NCBI RefSeq assembly: GCF_008065095.1
Contig: NZ_CP042911.1
Location: 1,230,001 to 1,262,000, forward strand
Origin: Gemmata obscuriglobus
Lineage (GTDB): Bacteria; Planctomycetota; Planctomycetia; Gemmatales; Gemmataceae
Direction of reading: 5' to 3'
DNA length: 32,000 nucleotides
Position numbers and translations under genes: made by a program. Positions 25,450-32,000 of the stretch are shown here, piece after piece. The notes below the pieces were generated by a model. That model had not been told where the DNA came from, made no database searches, and worked only from the letters and a program-made list of their open reading frames with translations. Position 1 is the stretch's first letter. The number at the start of each line of letters is the position of its first letter.

Positions 25450-26085
25450 TCAGCGCCCGCGGCGCTTCCGCTTGCCGCCGTCGCGCACCTTGCGCTTGAG
25501 CCGGAACTCGGCGCTGCCGTGGTACGTGGCCAGCACCGCCCCTGCGCCCGCGTAGTGGTCGAACAGGTCGAACACCACCGCCTCCTCGTCGGGCCACGGG
25601 TACGCGAAGATCACGTCCATGTCGTCGATCTCGAGTTCCAGCTCCTCGTACGCCTGGTCGCCCTCGGTCGCGAGCCAACTGTACGCCCCGGCGCGGTGGA
25701 CGCGGTCCTCCGCGCCCGGCGGCACGAAGCTCCCGTGGATCAGCTCCACCGACAGGTCGTAGTCCTCGGCGAGCTGGAGCCCCTCGTCCACCAGCGCGCT
25801 CTCGATCTCGATGCCGCAGGCGTCGAACCCGACCATCTCCGCCAGCCCCGCCACCACCCCGAACCCGCACCCCCACTCGCAGAACCGCTGCCCGCGCAGC
25901 TCGTCGCTCTCGGCGAGGGCGCGGAGCACCTTGTACGCGGTCTCGTAGTCGCACGGCACGAACGCCGGCACCCGGCACGCGAGCTGGAACCGGTCGATCC
26001 GGCGCTCGGCGTCGCGCAGGAACTTGCGCACCGCGGGCGGCGGGTCGTCGTCCGAAACCGGCACCAGCAGTTCGCGCAGTGACAT
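25450..26085 (-). CDS. Putative class I SAM-dependent methyltransferase-like protein with a basic tail
   Basis: Start MSLRELLVPVSDDD. A motif-I-like segment FCEWGCGFGVVAGLA is followed by GIEIE. The C-terminus is KRKVRDGGKRKRRGR. The upstream 45 codons were rejected. Confidence 0.65.
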   Translation of the reverse strand: MSLRELLVPVSDDDPPPAVRKFLRDAERRIDRFQLACRVPAFVPCDYETAYKVLRALAESDELRGQRFCEWGCGFGVVAGLAEMVGFDACGIEIESALVDEGLQLAEDYDLSVELIHGSFVPPGAEDRVHRAGAYSWLATEGDQAYEELELEIDDMDVIFAYPWPDEEAVVFDLFDHYAGAGAVLATYHGSAEFRLKRKVRDGGKRKRRGR

Positions 26086-26205
26086 AGAATCGGGCCGCGG
26101 GGGAAACGAGTTCGCGTTCGTCGCGGGAATTTTGCGCCCGGGCGGAAGCGGGTTATTAGGATGGAGGAAGTTGTTATACTGGTTCCCGGAACGACGAGGT
26201 CCGCG

Positions 26206-26403
26206 ATGAGTGACGAGCAACCCGGTCCGCTCACGGTTGATCAGCGCCGGGCGATCTTCAAGGCGCTGGTCGACGCGCAGGACGGCGGCGCCGGGGTGGC
26301 GGCGTCCCGCACCACGGTGGCCGGCAAGTTCGAGGTCACCGAAGATCAGGTGCGCGACATCGAACGCGAGGGCATGGCCCAGCAGTGGCCGCCCCTCGGC
26401 TGA
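26206..26403 (+). CDS. Small hypothetical protein (65 aa)
   Basis: MSDEQPGPLTVDQRRAIFKALVDAQDGGAGVAASRTTVAGKFEVTEDQVRDIEREGMAQQWPPLG. It has non-biased composition and lies 11 nt upstream of the next gene. No family was recognised. Confidence 0.5.
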   Translation: MSDEQPGPLTVDQRRAIFKALVDAQDGGAGVAASRTTVAGKFEVTEDQVRDIEREGMAQQWPPLG

Positions 26404-26414
26404 GGGCCATCCGC

Positions 26415-27437
26415 ATGACGGTCACCGACGAGCAGGCGTTCCTCGGCGCGATCCTCCGGCACCCGGACGACGACACGCCCCGGCTCGTGTTCGCCGACTG
26501 GCTCGACGAGCGCGGCGCGGGCGACGACCCCGCCCGCGCCGCCCTGATCCGCGCGCAGTGCCGGCTCGAAACCCTGCCCGAGGGCAAGGAGCGCAAGGCC
26601 GCCGAGAAGGAAACCAAGGCGCTGCTGCGGGCGCACGCGCGGCGCTGGACCGCCCCGCTCCGCGGCGCCTCGCTGGGCGAGAACTGGACGTTCCGCCGCG
26701 GCTTCATCGACGGCTGCTCGATCTCGCCCACCCGCTTCGTCAACCACGCCGAGCTCATTTTCCGGCACGCCCCGCTGCTCCGGACGGTCCGCTTCCCGTA
26801 CGCGAAGGGCGAGGTGGACGGTCTCGCCGCGTGCCCGTTCCTCGCCCGGCTCGCGGCGGTCGACCTGCAACAGATGTGCACCTGCGGCCAGTGCCCCATC
26901 GACGTGGAGCTGCGCGCCCTGTTCAAGTCGAAGCACGCGAGCGGGCTGTCGCGGCTCGGCGTCGCGTTCGACCGGATCGACGCGGACATGGCCCGGGCGC
27001 TGGTCGCGTCCGAGCCGCTGCGGCGCCTCGCGGCGCTCGACCTCTCGGGCAACCCGCTCGGGGAGGCCGGCGTGCGGGTGCTCGCGGGCGCGGGGCACTT
27101 CACCCGGCTGGCGGAGCTGGCCCTCAACGTGACCGAACTGGACGCGGCGGCCGTGGCCGCGCTGGGAACGGCCCGCCTCCCGGCGCTCACGAAGCTGAGC
27201 CTGGCCGGCAACAACCTGCGGCCGGGGGTGGTTCGAGCCCTGGTCGCCGCTCCCCTCCTCGCGCAACTCGCGGAACTGAACCTGTCGGACAACCGGATCG
27301 GCGAGGGCGGGGCCGCGGCGCTCGCCAAGCTACCCGCGGCCGCGCCGCTCACGCGGCTGGACGTGCGCCGCAACGCGCTGAGCGAGAAGGCGATCCGGGC
27401 GCTGAAGGCGCGCTTCGGTAAGGGCGTGTGGGTCTGA
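26415..27437 (+). CDS. TIGR02996 repeat-companion domain plus leucine-rich-repeat (RNI-like) protein
   Basis: The N-terminus MTVTDEQAFLGAILRHPDDDTPRLVFADWLDERGAGDDPARAALIRAQCRLE fits the Gemmata repeat-companion domain. The C-terminus has LRR units (LDLSGNPLGEAGVRVLAGA, LSLAGNNLRPGVVRAL, LNLSDNRIGEGGAAALA). Confidence 0.88.
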   Translation: MTVTDEQAFLGAILRHPDDDTPRLVFADWLDERGAGDDPARAALIRAQCRLETLPEGKERKAAEKETKALLRAHARRWTAPLRGASLGENWTFRRGFIDGCSISPTRFVNHAELIFRHAPLLRTVRFPYAKGEVDGLAACPFLARLAAVDLQQMCTCGQCPIDVELRALFKSKHASGLSRLGVAFDRIDADMARALVASEPLRRLAALDLSGNPLGEAGVRVLAGAGHFTRLAELALNVTELDAAAVAALGTARLPALTKLSLAGNNLRPGVVRALVAAPLLAQLAELNLSDNRIGEGGAAALAKLPAAAPLTRLDVRRNALSEKAIRALKARFGKGVWV

Positions 27438-27445
27438 TACCAAAT

Positions 27446-27474
27446 CCAGTCGTTTCAAGTTTCAAGTTCCAGGT
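27446..27474. repeat. Family F, left inverted terminus
   Basis: CCAGTCGTTTCAAGTTTCAAGTTCCAGGT matches the reverse complement of 27958-27986 at 25 of 29 positions. Confidence 0.8.
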
Positions 27475-27496
27475 TCGGCCACCGGAGGGGCGCGTT

Positions 27497-27859
27497 GTGA
27501 AGATCGGTTGCCACTGCGGGGCGTCGATCATCGACCAGACCGACGAACTGCCGCACAAGGGGCACCTGATCCCGGACCAAGCGTGGTTCTCCACTAACGA
27601 TGCCATCGACGACGAGGTGATCGACCCGGTGGCCGACGGTCGGCTGGGCAAGGAGGAGGCGTACCACCTCGCCCGCCGCATCATCGGCCGGTCGGCCCGG
27701 CTCATGTGGCAGTGCCGGGCGTGCGGCCGGCTGTACGTCGATAGCCGCGACGGGCAGCTCCGGTGCTTCGTGCCGGAGGGCGAGCCCGCCGACCGCGAGG
27801 TTCTCCGCGGTGGGCAAAGGCCAGCCGAACCCGGCGCGGCACCTGACACTGCCGGCTGA
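27497..27859 (+). CDS. Small Cys-pair (zinc-ribbon-like) hypothetical protein
   Basis: GTG start preceded by GGAGGGG. VKIGCHCGASIID...WQCRACGRLYVDSRDGQLRCF gives CxC and CxxC pairs. The ATG at 27428 would make the N-terminus read through repeat F and was rejected. Confidence 0.5.
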   Translation: MKIGCHCGASIIDQTDELPHKGHLIPDQAWFSTNDAIDDEVIDPVADGRLGKEEAYHLARRIIGRSARLMWQCRACGRLYVDSRDGQLRCFVPEGEPADREVLRGGQRPAEPGAAPDTAG

Positions 27860-27957
27860 TTCGGGGCGCCGCTCATCCGGTGATGGCGGTGCAGGTGATC
27901 TGTCAGTTGGGAACCGGCTCGGCTAAAGCCCCGGGCCGTTCGTGTGCATTGCGCTGC

Positions 27958-27986
27958 ACGTGGAACTTGGAACTTGAAACTGCTGG
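27958..27986. repeat. Family F, right inverted terminus
   Basis: ACGTGGAACTTGGAACTTGAAACTGCTGG. AAT is present immediately outside both termini (27443-27445 and 27987-27989). Confidence 0.8.
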
Positions 27987-28018
27987 AATCGCCGACGGGC
28001 CAGCCGGCGGCTCCGGCC

Positions 28019-28756
28019 CTACTTCGGCCCCTTCCGGTTCCGCGCCGCGGCCTGGCGCGGGACCGCGCCGACCGGCAGCAGCTTCGGCCGCGGCACCACC
28101 GCCCCGACGATGCCCCCGTGCGCCTCCCACAGCTCGCGCGCGCCGGCCCGCAGGAACGCGAACGCGGCCGGGGCCGGGTGGTCGGCGAGGTAGTCGTCCA
28201 CCAGCTCCCCCATCCGCTCGTCGTACCGGTCCTTCGAGTGCGAGTGGACGGCGTACCGGCCCGGGTGCCGGCGCAGGTCGCCGTTGAAGCTCGGGGCCAT
28301 GTGGTACAGCTCGTGGAACACCGTGATCAGCTTCTCGCGGAACGTCTGGTCCAGGAACCGGGGCAGGCAGAAGGTGAGCACGTACAGCATCTCGCGCCCG
28401 TCCACGAAGAACCGCTGCACCTGGTAGTCCGTGGGGCCGTGCGAGCGGGTCAGCGCGCCGTCGCGGAACCGCAGCGGGGTGACGCGGGCCTGGAGCCCGT
28501 ACCGGCTGCGGTTGCGGCTCGGGGTGAACGACACCAGCACCCGCGGCATGTGGACGTGGCGCAGCTCCTCGCACCGGGCGGCGACGTCCGCGCACAGCGC
28601 GGTCATCCGGGCGCTGAAGTCGAACGCGGCCCCGGCGCGGCCCGGGGCGGGCGGCCGCACGCCGTCGGGAACGACCCACCGAGCGGGGAGCGGGCGCCGG
28701 TCGTCCCAGCGGAGTTCCAGCGGGAGTGTACGGGCGCTGTGCCGTGTGCCTGGCAT
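28019..28756 (-). CDS. Putative HExxH zinc metallopeptidase-like protein
   Basis: There is a single HExxH in LITVFHELYHMAPSFNGDLRRHPGRYAVHSHS. Composition is non-biased and no signal peptide is present. The family was not identified with certainty. Confidence 0.65.
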   Translation of the reverse strand: MPGTRHSARTLPLELRWDDRRPLPARWVVPDGVRPPAPGRAGAAFDFSARMTALCADVAARCEELRHVHMPRVLVSFTPSRNRSRYGLQARVTPLRFRDGALTRSHGPTDYQVQRFFVDGREMLYVLTFCLPRFLDQTFREKLITVFHELYHMAPSFNGDLRRHPGRYAVHSHSKDRYDERMGELVDDYLADHPAPAAFAFLRAGARELWEAHGGIVGAVVPRPKLLPVGAVPRQAAARNRKGPK

Positions 28757-28968
28757 CCGTCGGTCCGGCGTGGAGCGATTGGGGGTCAGGGTGCCATGCT
28801 AGGGCGGAACGCGAGCCGGGTCAACACGCGCCCGGGCCGCGCCCGCACGACCCCGAAATTTGTCTGAAGGCTCACACCCGGAGCAACCGATAGAAGCAGC
28901 GTTCACGGGCGGCGCCCGCGCGGGAGTCGCGGACCGTCGTTCGACACGTAACGGGAGCGAGGATACAG

Positions 28969-29244
28969 ATGCGAACCAATCGGCGCTGGCTGGCGAGCGT
29001 CGCGGCCTTGCTCGGGTTGACCCTGACCTGTTCGAGCGGCTGCCAGACGGTGATGGGCGGGATGACGCTGCCCAGCGGGCGGTACCTGGAGCACTACCCG
29101 CAGTACTTCGCCCCGGACTCGGCGCACCCGCTGCCGCGCGAGCTGGCGAGCATGGAAGACCCGGCCGGCGAGGCGCGGCGCGGCGCCGTCCCCGGGGCCG
29201 CGGCCCCGGTCGCCCCGGCCAACCCGGTTCCCGGCCTGCGGTAG
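28969..29244 (+). CDS. Small putative lipoprotein
   Basis: MRTNRRWLASVAALLGLTLTCSSGCQT (signal plus Cys). GGGAGCGAGGA lies upstream of the ATG. Confidence 0.55.
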   Translation: MRTNRRWLASVAALLGLTLTCSSGCQTVMGGMTLPSGRYLEHYPQYFAPDSAHPLPRELASMEDPAGEARRGAVPGAAAPVAPANPVPGLR

Positions 29245-29276
29245 TTGGGGGTGAGGGGCAAGGAGCGAGGAACCCG

Positions 29277-29415
29277 CTCACGCGCGACCCGGTTACCGGT
29301 GTCTGTTTTGGTTTTGTGGCACCGACATTCCTGTCTGTGCGGCCTTCTCGCGCCGCACAGACAGGAATGTCGGTGCCACAAGAAACAGACGCCCGCCACC
29401 CGAACCGTGAATGAG
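29277..29415. repeat. Family A palindromic element, copy A3
   Basis: Arms GTGGCACCGACATTCCTGTCTGTGCGG (29326-29352) and CCGCACAGACAGGAATGTCGGTGCCAC (29363-29389), loop CCTTCTCGCG. The right flank is ACCGTGAATGAG at 29404-29415. Confidence 0.88.
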
Positions 29416-29477
29416 CCTACCCTTCTCCGCTTCTTACTTCGGTGCCGTTCCGCGTTTCACATTGGGTCACGGACCGA

Positions 29478-29637
29478 ACGGGCCGGCCGATGTCGGCGGT
29501 TCGACCGGAGCGCACGGACGCGCTCCGGTCGAACCGCGCCGCGGGCTGGATCCGCGCGCGGTCTGGCGCCGGCGGTTCGACCGGAGCGCACGGACGCCCT
29601 CGTCGAACCGCCGGCGCCAGACCGCGTGGCCGGCCCG
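29478..29637. repeat. Family G: tandem pair of long perfect hairpins enclosed by an outer stem
   Basis: Hairpin 1 is 29496-29512 / 29521-29537 (17 bp perfect). Hairpin 2 is 29558-29581 / 29602-29625 (24 bp perfect). A 27-nt direct repeat GGCGGTTCGACCGGAGCGCACGGACGC lies at 29495 and 29571. The outer stem is CGGGCCGGCC / GGCCGGCCCG. Confidence 0.85.
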
Positions 29638-29821
29638 AATCGGACGTTGCGCCCGGTGAAGCACGGCCCCGCCCGCTCCGCACCCGACCGTCCCACTGTC
29701 CGCCTTGATTCCCCCCCGCCCGGCCGCTATTGGCCGGGCCGAAGCGAACGAGCCCGCAACCGCGCGACACGGATGTCGCGAGTGCGGGCCGCGCCGGTCG
29801 ACTTCGTGGGGGAAGGGAATC

Positions 29822-30496
29822 ATGGCGCAGGGAACGCGCAGGTGGGTGCGGCTCGCCGCGACCGGCCTCGGGATGCTCGTCTGCACCGGGCTCGTCGGGT
29901 GCATGAATACGGGTAAGGACAAAGAGAAGAACAAGATCGGTGCCAAGCAGCCGGCCCCGACCCCGGGGCTGCCCGGCACCCCGACCATATCGACCGGTGC
30001 CGCCCGCATGCCGGGGGCGAACCCGTACAGCACCACCGGGATTCAGCAAACCGGCGGGGTCGCTCAGCAGCAGCGGGTCGGCACCACCGGTCAGAACACG
30101 CTCAACACGCCCGGCGTGCCGCAGCCGAACTTCGGCGGGCCTTCGAGCTACGGGACCCCGAACACAACCATCGGCGCTCCGGGCCAGACGGGCGTCATGC
30201 CGAGCGTGCAACCGCCTCCGAGCGGTCTCTCGCCCGCTTCGTCCGGCTCGCCTCTTGGGGCCGCCCCGCCGGGCAACTGGCCCGGGGCCGGCACCGGTAC
30301 GGCTGCCGGCGCCGCGCCGTCCGCTGGTCGGGTCTCGCTGTCAACGCCGCCCGCGCCGCAACTCAACAGCCTCGAACCCCTCCCGCCGCCGCCGCCGGGC
30401 AGCAGCACCGAGCGGGCGAGCGGCGGGGCGTACACGCCGCTGGCTGCGCCGGTCCCGCCCGCGCCGCCGGCCGTCACGCCCGGTCCGCTCGGCTGA
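29822..30496 (+). CDS. Lipoprotein with a Pro/Gly/Thr-rich low-complexity body
   Basis: MAQGTRRWVRLAATGLGMLVCTGLVGCMNTG carries an LVGC lipobox. The rest is low complexity, so the extent is less certain. Confidence 0.62.
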   Translation: MAQGTRRWVRLAATGLGMLVCTGLVGCMNTGKDKEKNKIGAKQPAPTPGLPGTPTISTGAARMPGANPYSTTGIQQTGGVAQQQRVGTTGQNTLNTPGVPQPNFGGPSSYGTPNTTIGAPGQTGVMPSVQPPPSGLSPASSGSPLGAAPPGNWPGAGTGTAAGAAPSAGRVSLSTPPAPQLNSLEPLPPPPPGSSTERASGGAYTPLAAPVPPAPPAVTPGPLG

Positions 30497-30538
30497 GCCG
30501 ACGCGCGACGGTGAGCACACCGCGCGAGCGCCCGGGCG

Positions 30539-31312
30539 TCAGCCCCGGGCCGCTCGCGCTTGCAGCCGTCGCACGAACCGGGCCGCGACGTATCCCGCTT
30601 TGAACCCGGCGTCGATGTTGACCGCGCAGACCCCCGCCGAACAACTGTTGAGCATGGTGAGGAGCGCCGCGACCCCGCCGAACGCGGCCCCGTAGCCCAC
30701 GCTCGTCGGGCACGCGATCACCGGGCAGTCCACCAGCCCGCCAACAACGCTCGGCAGCGCCCCGTCCATCCCGGCCACCACGATGACCACGTCCGCCGCC
30801 GCGAGCCGCTCGCGCTGCCGCAGAACGCGGTGCAGCCCGGCGACCCCCACATCGACAATCAGTTCCACCGCGGCGCCCATCACCCGGGCGGTCACCAGCG
30901 CCTCCTGAGCGACGGGCAGGTCACTGGTGCCCGCGGTCACGACGCACACCTTCCCCGCGGGCTCGGGCCGCGCGCCCGCGACCGGGAGCCAGAAGGTCCG
31001 CGCGAGCCGGTCCTGTTCGGCCTGCGGGAAGTGGCCGGTCAGGTGCGCCGACTGGGCCTCGTTGACGCGGGTGGCGAAGCAGTCCTGCCCGGCCGCGGCG
31101 AGGCGCCGCACGGCCCCCTCCACCCACTCCGGCGTCTTGCCCTCGGCGAACACCACCTCCGGGAACCCGCACCGCCGCTGGCGGTCCAGGTCCAGCGTCG
31201 CGAAGCTCAGCTCGGCCACGGAAGCCTGCCCCAACCGTTCCGCCGCCTCGCCGACGCCCAGCGCGCCGGTCCGCACGCCCTCGAGCAGTTGGCGCAGTTC
31301 GTCTGAAGTCAT
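30539..31312 (-). CDS. larB: LarB-like nickel-pincer cofactor biosynthesis protein (PurE-fold AIR-carboxylase-like)
   Basis: Start MTSDELRQLLEGV. FATLDLDRQRRCGFPEVVFAEGKT, then VCVVTAGTSDLPVAQEA and VIVVAGMDGALPSVVGGLV....VIACPTSVGYG. Confidence 0.82.
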   Translation of the reverse strand: MTSDELRQLLEGVRTGALGVGEAAERLGQASVAELSFATLDLDRQRRCGFPEVVFAEGKTPEWVEGAVRRLAAAGQDCFATRVNEAQSAHLTGHFPQAEQDRLARTFWLPVAGARPEPAGKVCVVTAGTSDLPVAQEALVTARVMGAAVELIVDVGVAGLHRVLRQRERLAAADVVIVVAGMDGALPSVVGGLVDCPVIACPTSVGYGAAFGGVAALLTMLNSCSAGVCAVNIDAGFKAGYVAARFVRRLQARAARG

Positions 31313-31335
31313 CGTCACTTCACTCCACAAGCCGC

Positions 31336-31373
31336 CCCGTCCCCGGGCGGCGAAACAACCGCCCGGGGACGGG
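31336..31373. other. 15-bp perfect stem-loop in the larB 5' region
   Basis: CCCGTCCCCGGGCGG (31336-31350), loop CGAAACAA, CCGCCCGGGGACGGG (31359-31373). It lies 24 nt upstream of the larB ATG. Confidence 0.7.
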
Positions 31374-31584
31374 CGCGCTGCGCGTCCTCGCTCCCTTCCC
31401 TGTTCTAAGCAGCCGACCCCGCTTGAGCACCCCGGAGGATCGCGCCAGGGCGGCCGGTTCCGGAGACTTGAATAATTCCGGCCGCGTCGCGCGAAATACT
31501 AAATTCTTCGACCCGCACAGCCGATACACCCGATACGGCCCGCGTTCCGCGCGGGCGTTTTCCTCAGCGCCGGGGAATCGGGTC

Positions 31585-32000
31585 ATGACTTTCGCCGCCG
31601 CCGCCCTCCTCGGGCTCACGATGGGCCAGCCGATCGGGCAGGACTACCACGCGATGGCTTCGCGCAACATCAAGCTGCCCATCAAGTACGAAAAGGACCG
31701 CCGGTCGATCCGGCACGTGTTCCTGTACGTGGCCCGCAACGGCGAGAACACCTGGCACCAGGAGGGGTCCGTCACCCCCGACAAGGACGCGTTCGTCTAC
31801 GTCGCCAAGGAGGACGGGCTGTACTGGTTCAAGATGCAGATCGTGGACCTGAAGGGGAACGCGGACCCGGCCAACCTGACCGTGGACCCGCCCGACCTGA
31901 AGATGGTCGTGGACACCACGAGACCGGTGATCCGCGTGACGGACGCGAAACGCACCGGCGACGAGATCGTCGTCCAGTGGGCGGTGGACGACAAGTTCCC
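31585..32000 (+). CDS. Hypothetical exported protein, N-terminal part; continues beyond the window end
   Basis: Own translation: MTFAAAALLGLTMGQPIGQDYHAMASRNIKLPIKYEKDRRSIRHVFLYVARNGENTWHQEGSVTPDKDAFVYVAKEDGLYWFKMQIVDLKGNADPANLTVDPPDLKMVVDTTRPVIRVTD. Composition is non-biased. The start is uncertain because the frame stays open upstream. Confidence 0.6.
   Translation, partial: MTFAAAALLGLTMGQPIGQDYHAMASRNIKLPIKYEKDRRSIRHVFLYVARNGENTWHQEGSVTPDKDAFVYVAKEDGLYWFKMQIVDLKGNADPANLTVDPPDLKMVVDTTRPVIRVTDAKRTGDEIVVQWAVDDKF

Noticed and set aside
1313-26220. N-terminal extensions suggested by the longest-ORF coordinates: 1313..2809, 2956..4173, 8464..11250, 14115..15680, 17325..19736, 20545.., 23730.., 25450..26220, 26161.., 26385.., 27428.., 30539..31330.
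   Set aside because: The extensions are low-complexity or run through repeat elements. Internal starts give canonical signal peptides or family N-termini, often with an SD-like box.
8202-29415. Whether the recurring repeats (families A and B) could be a CRISPR array.
   Set aside because: Copies are kilobases apart, are long palindromes rather than short direct repeats with uniform spacers, and occur in both orientations. No cas genes are present.

Overview
High-G+C window that looks like Planctomycetota, probably Gemmataceae or Gemmata-like. The basis is a TIGR02996 repeat-companion N-terminus, PSCyt/DUF1549/DUF1553 and DUF1501 genes, and a BBP7/Legionella-OMP-like barrel; this is an inference, since no search was possible. 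I call 25 CDS. 1-6256: a partial ThDP-dependent enzyme with a Tat-like leader, an aldo/keto reductase, an SGNH hydrolase and a DPP-IV (S9B) peptidase. 6669-19676: a minus-strand run of six exported genes, namely PSCyt1-DUF1549-DUF1553 coupled to DUF1501, a second DUF1501, a PPC-domain protein, a Big2-CxxCH-DUF1549-DUF1553 protein and a PSCyt1-WD40 protein. 20590-22500: an FHA-GAF-class III nucleotidyl cyclase behind a leader of about 910 bp. 22501-23882: a lower-G+C islet carrying mazEF. 23883-32000: an OM beta-barrel, a small methyltransferase-like protein, a TIGR02996-LRR protein, a Zn-ribbon ORF, an HExxH protein, two lipoproteins, larB and a partial exported protein. No rRNA, tRNA, CRISPR array or transposase was recognised. 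The least explained signal is non-coding. At least seven families of structured palindromic or inverted-repeat elements (called A-G here) fill nearly every long intergenic spacer. Families A and E share a covarying hairpin module, CACAG-N3-TTCC-N3-CTGTG. One family-B copy has a different AT-rich element nested in its apex. One 541-bp unit with 29-nt inverted termini carries a small Zn-ribbon ORF. No transposase, RAYT-like gene or other mobilising gene is in the window, so whether these elements are mobile, regulatory or both stays open. All coordinates were hand-indexed. G+C statements are by eye, not computed.
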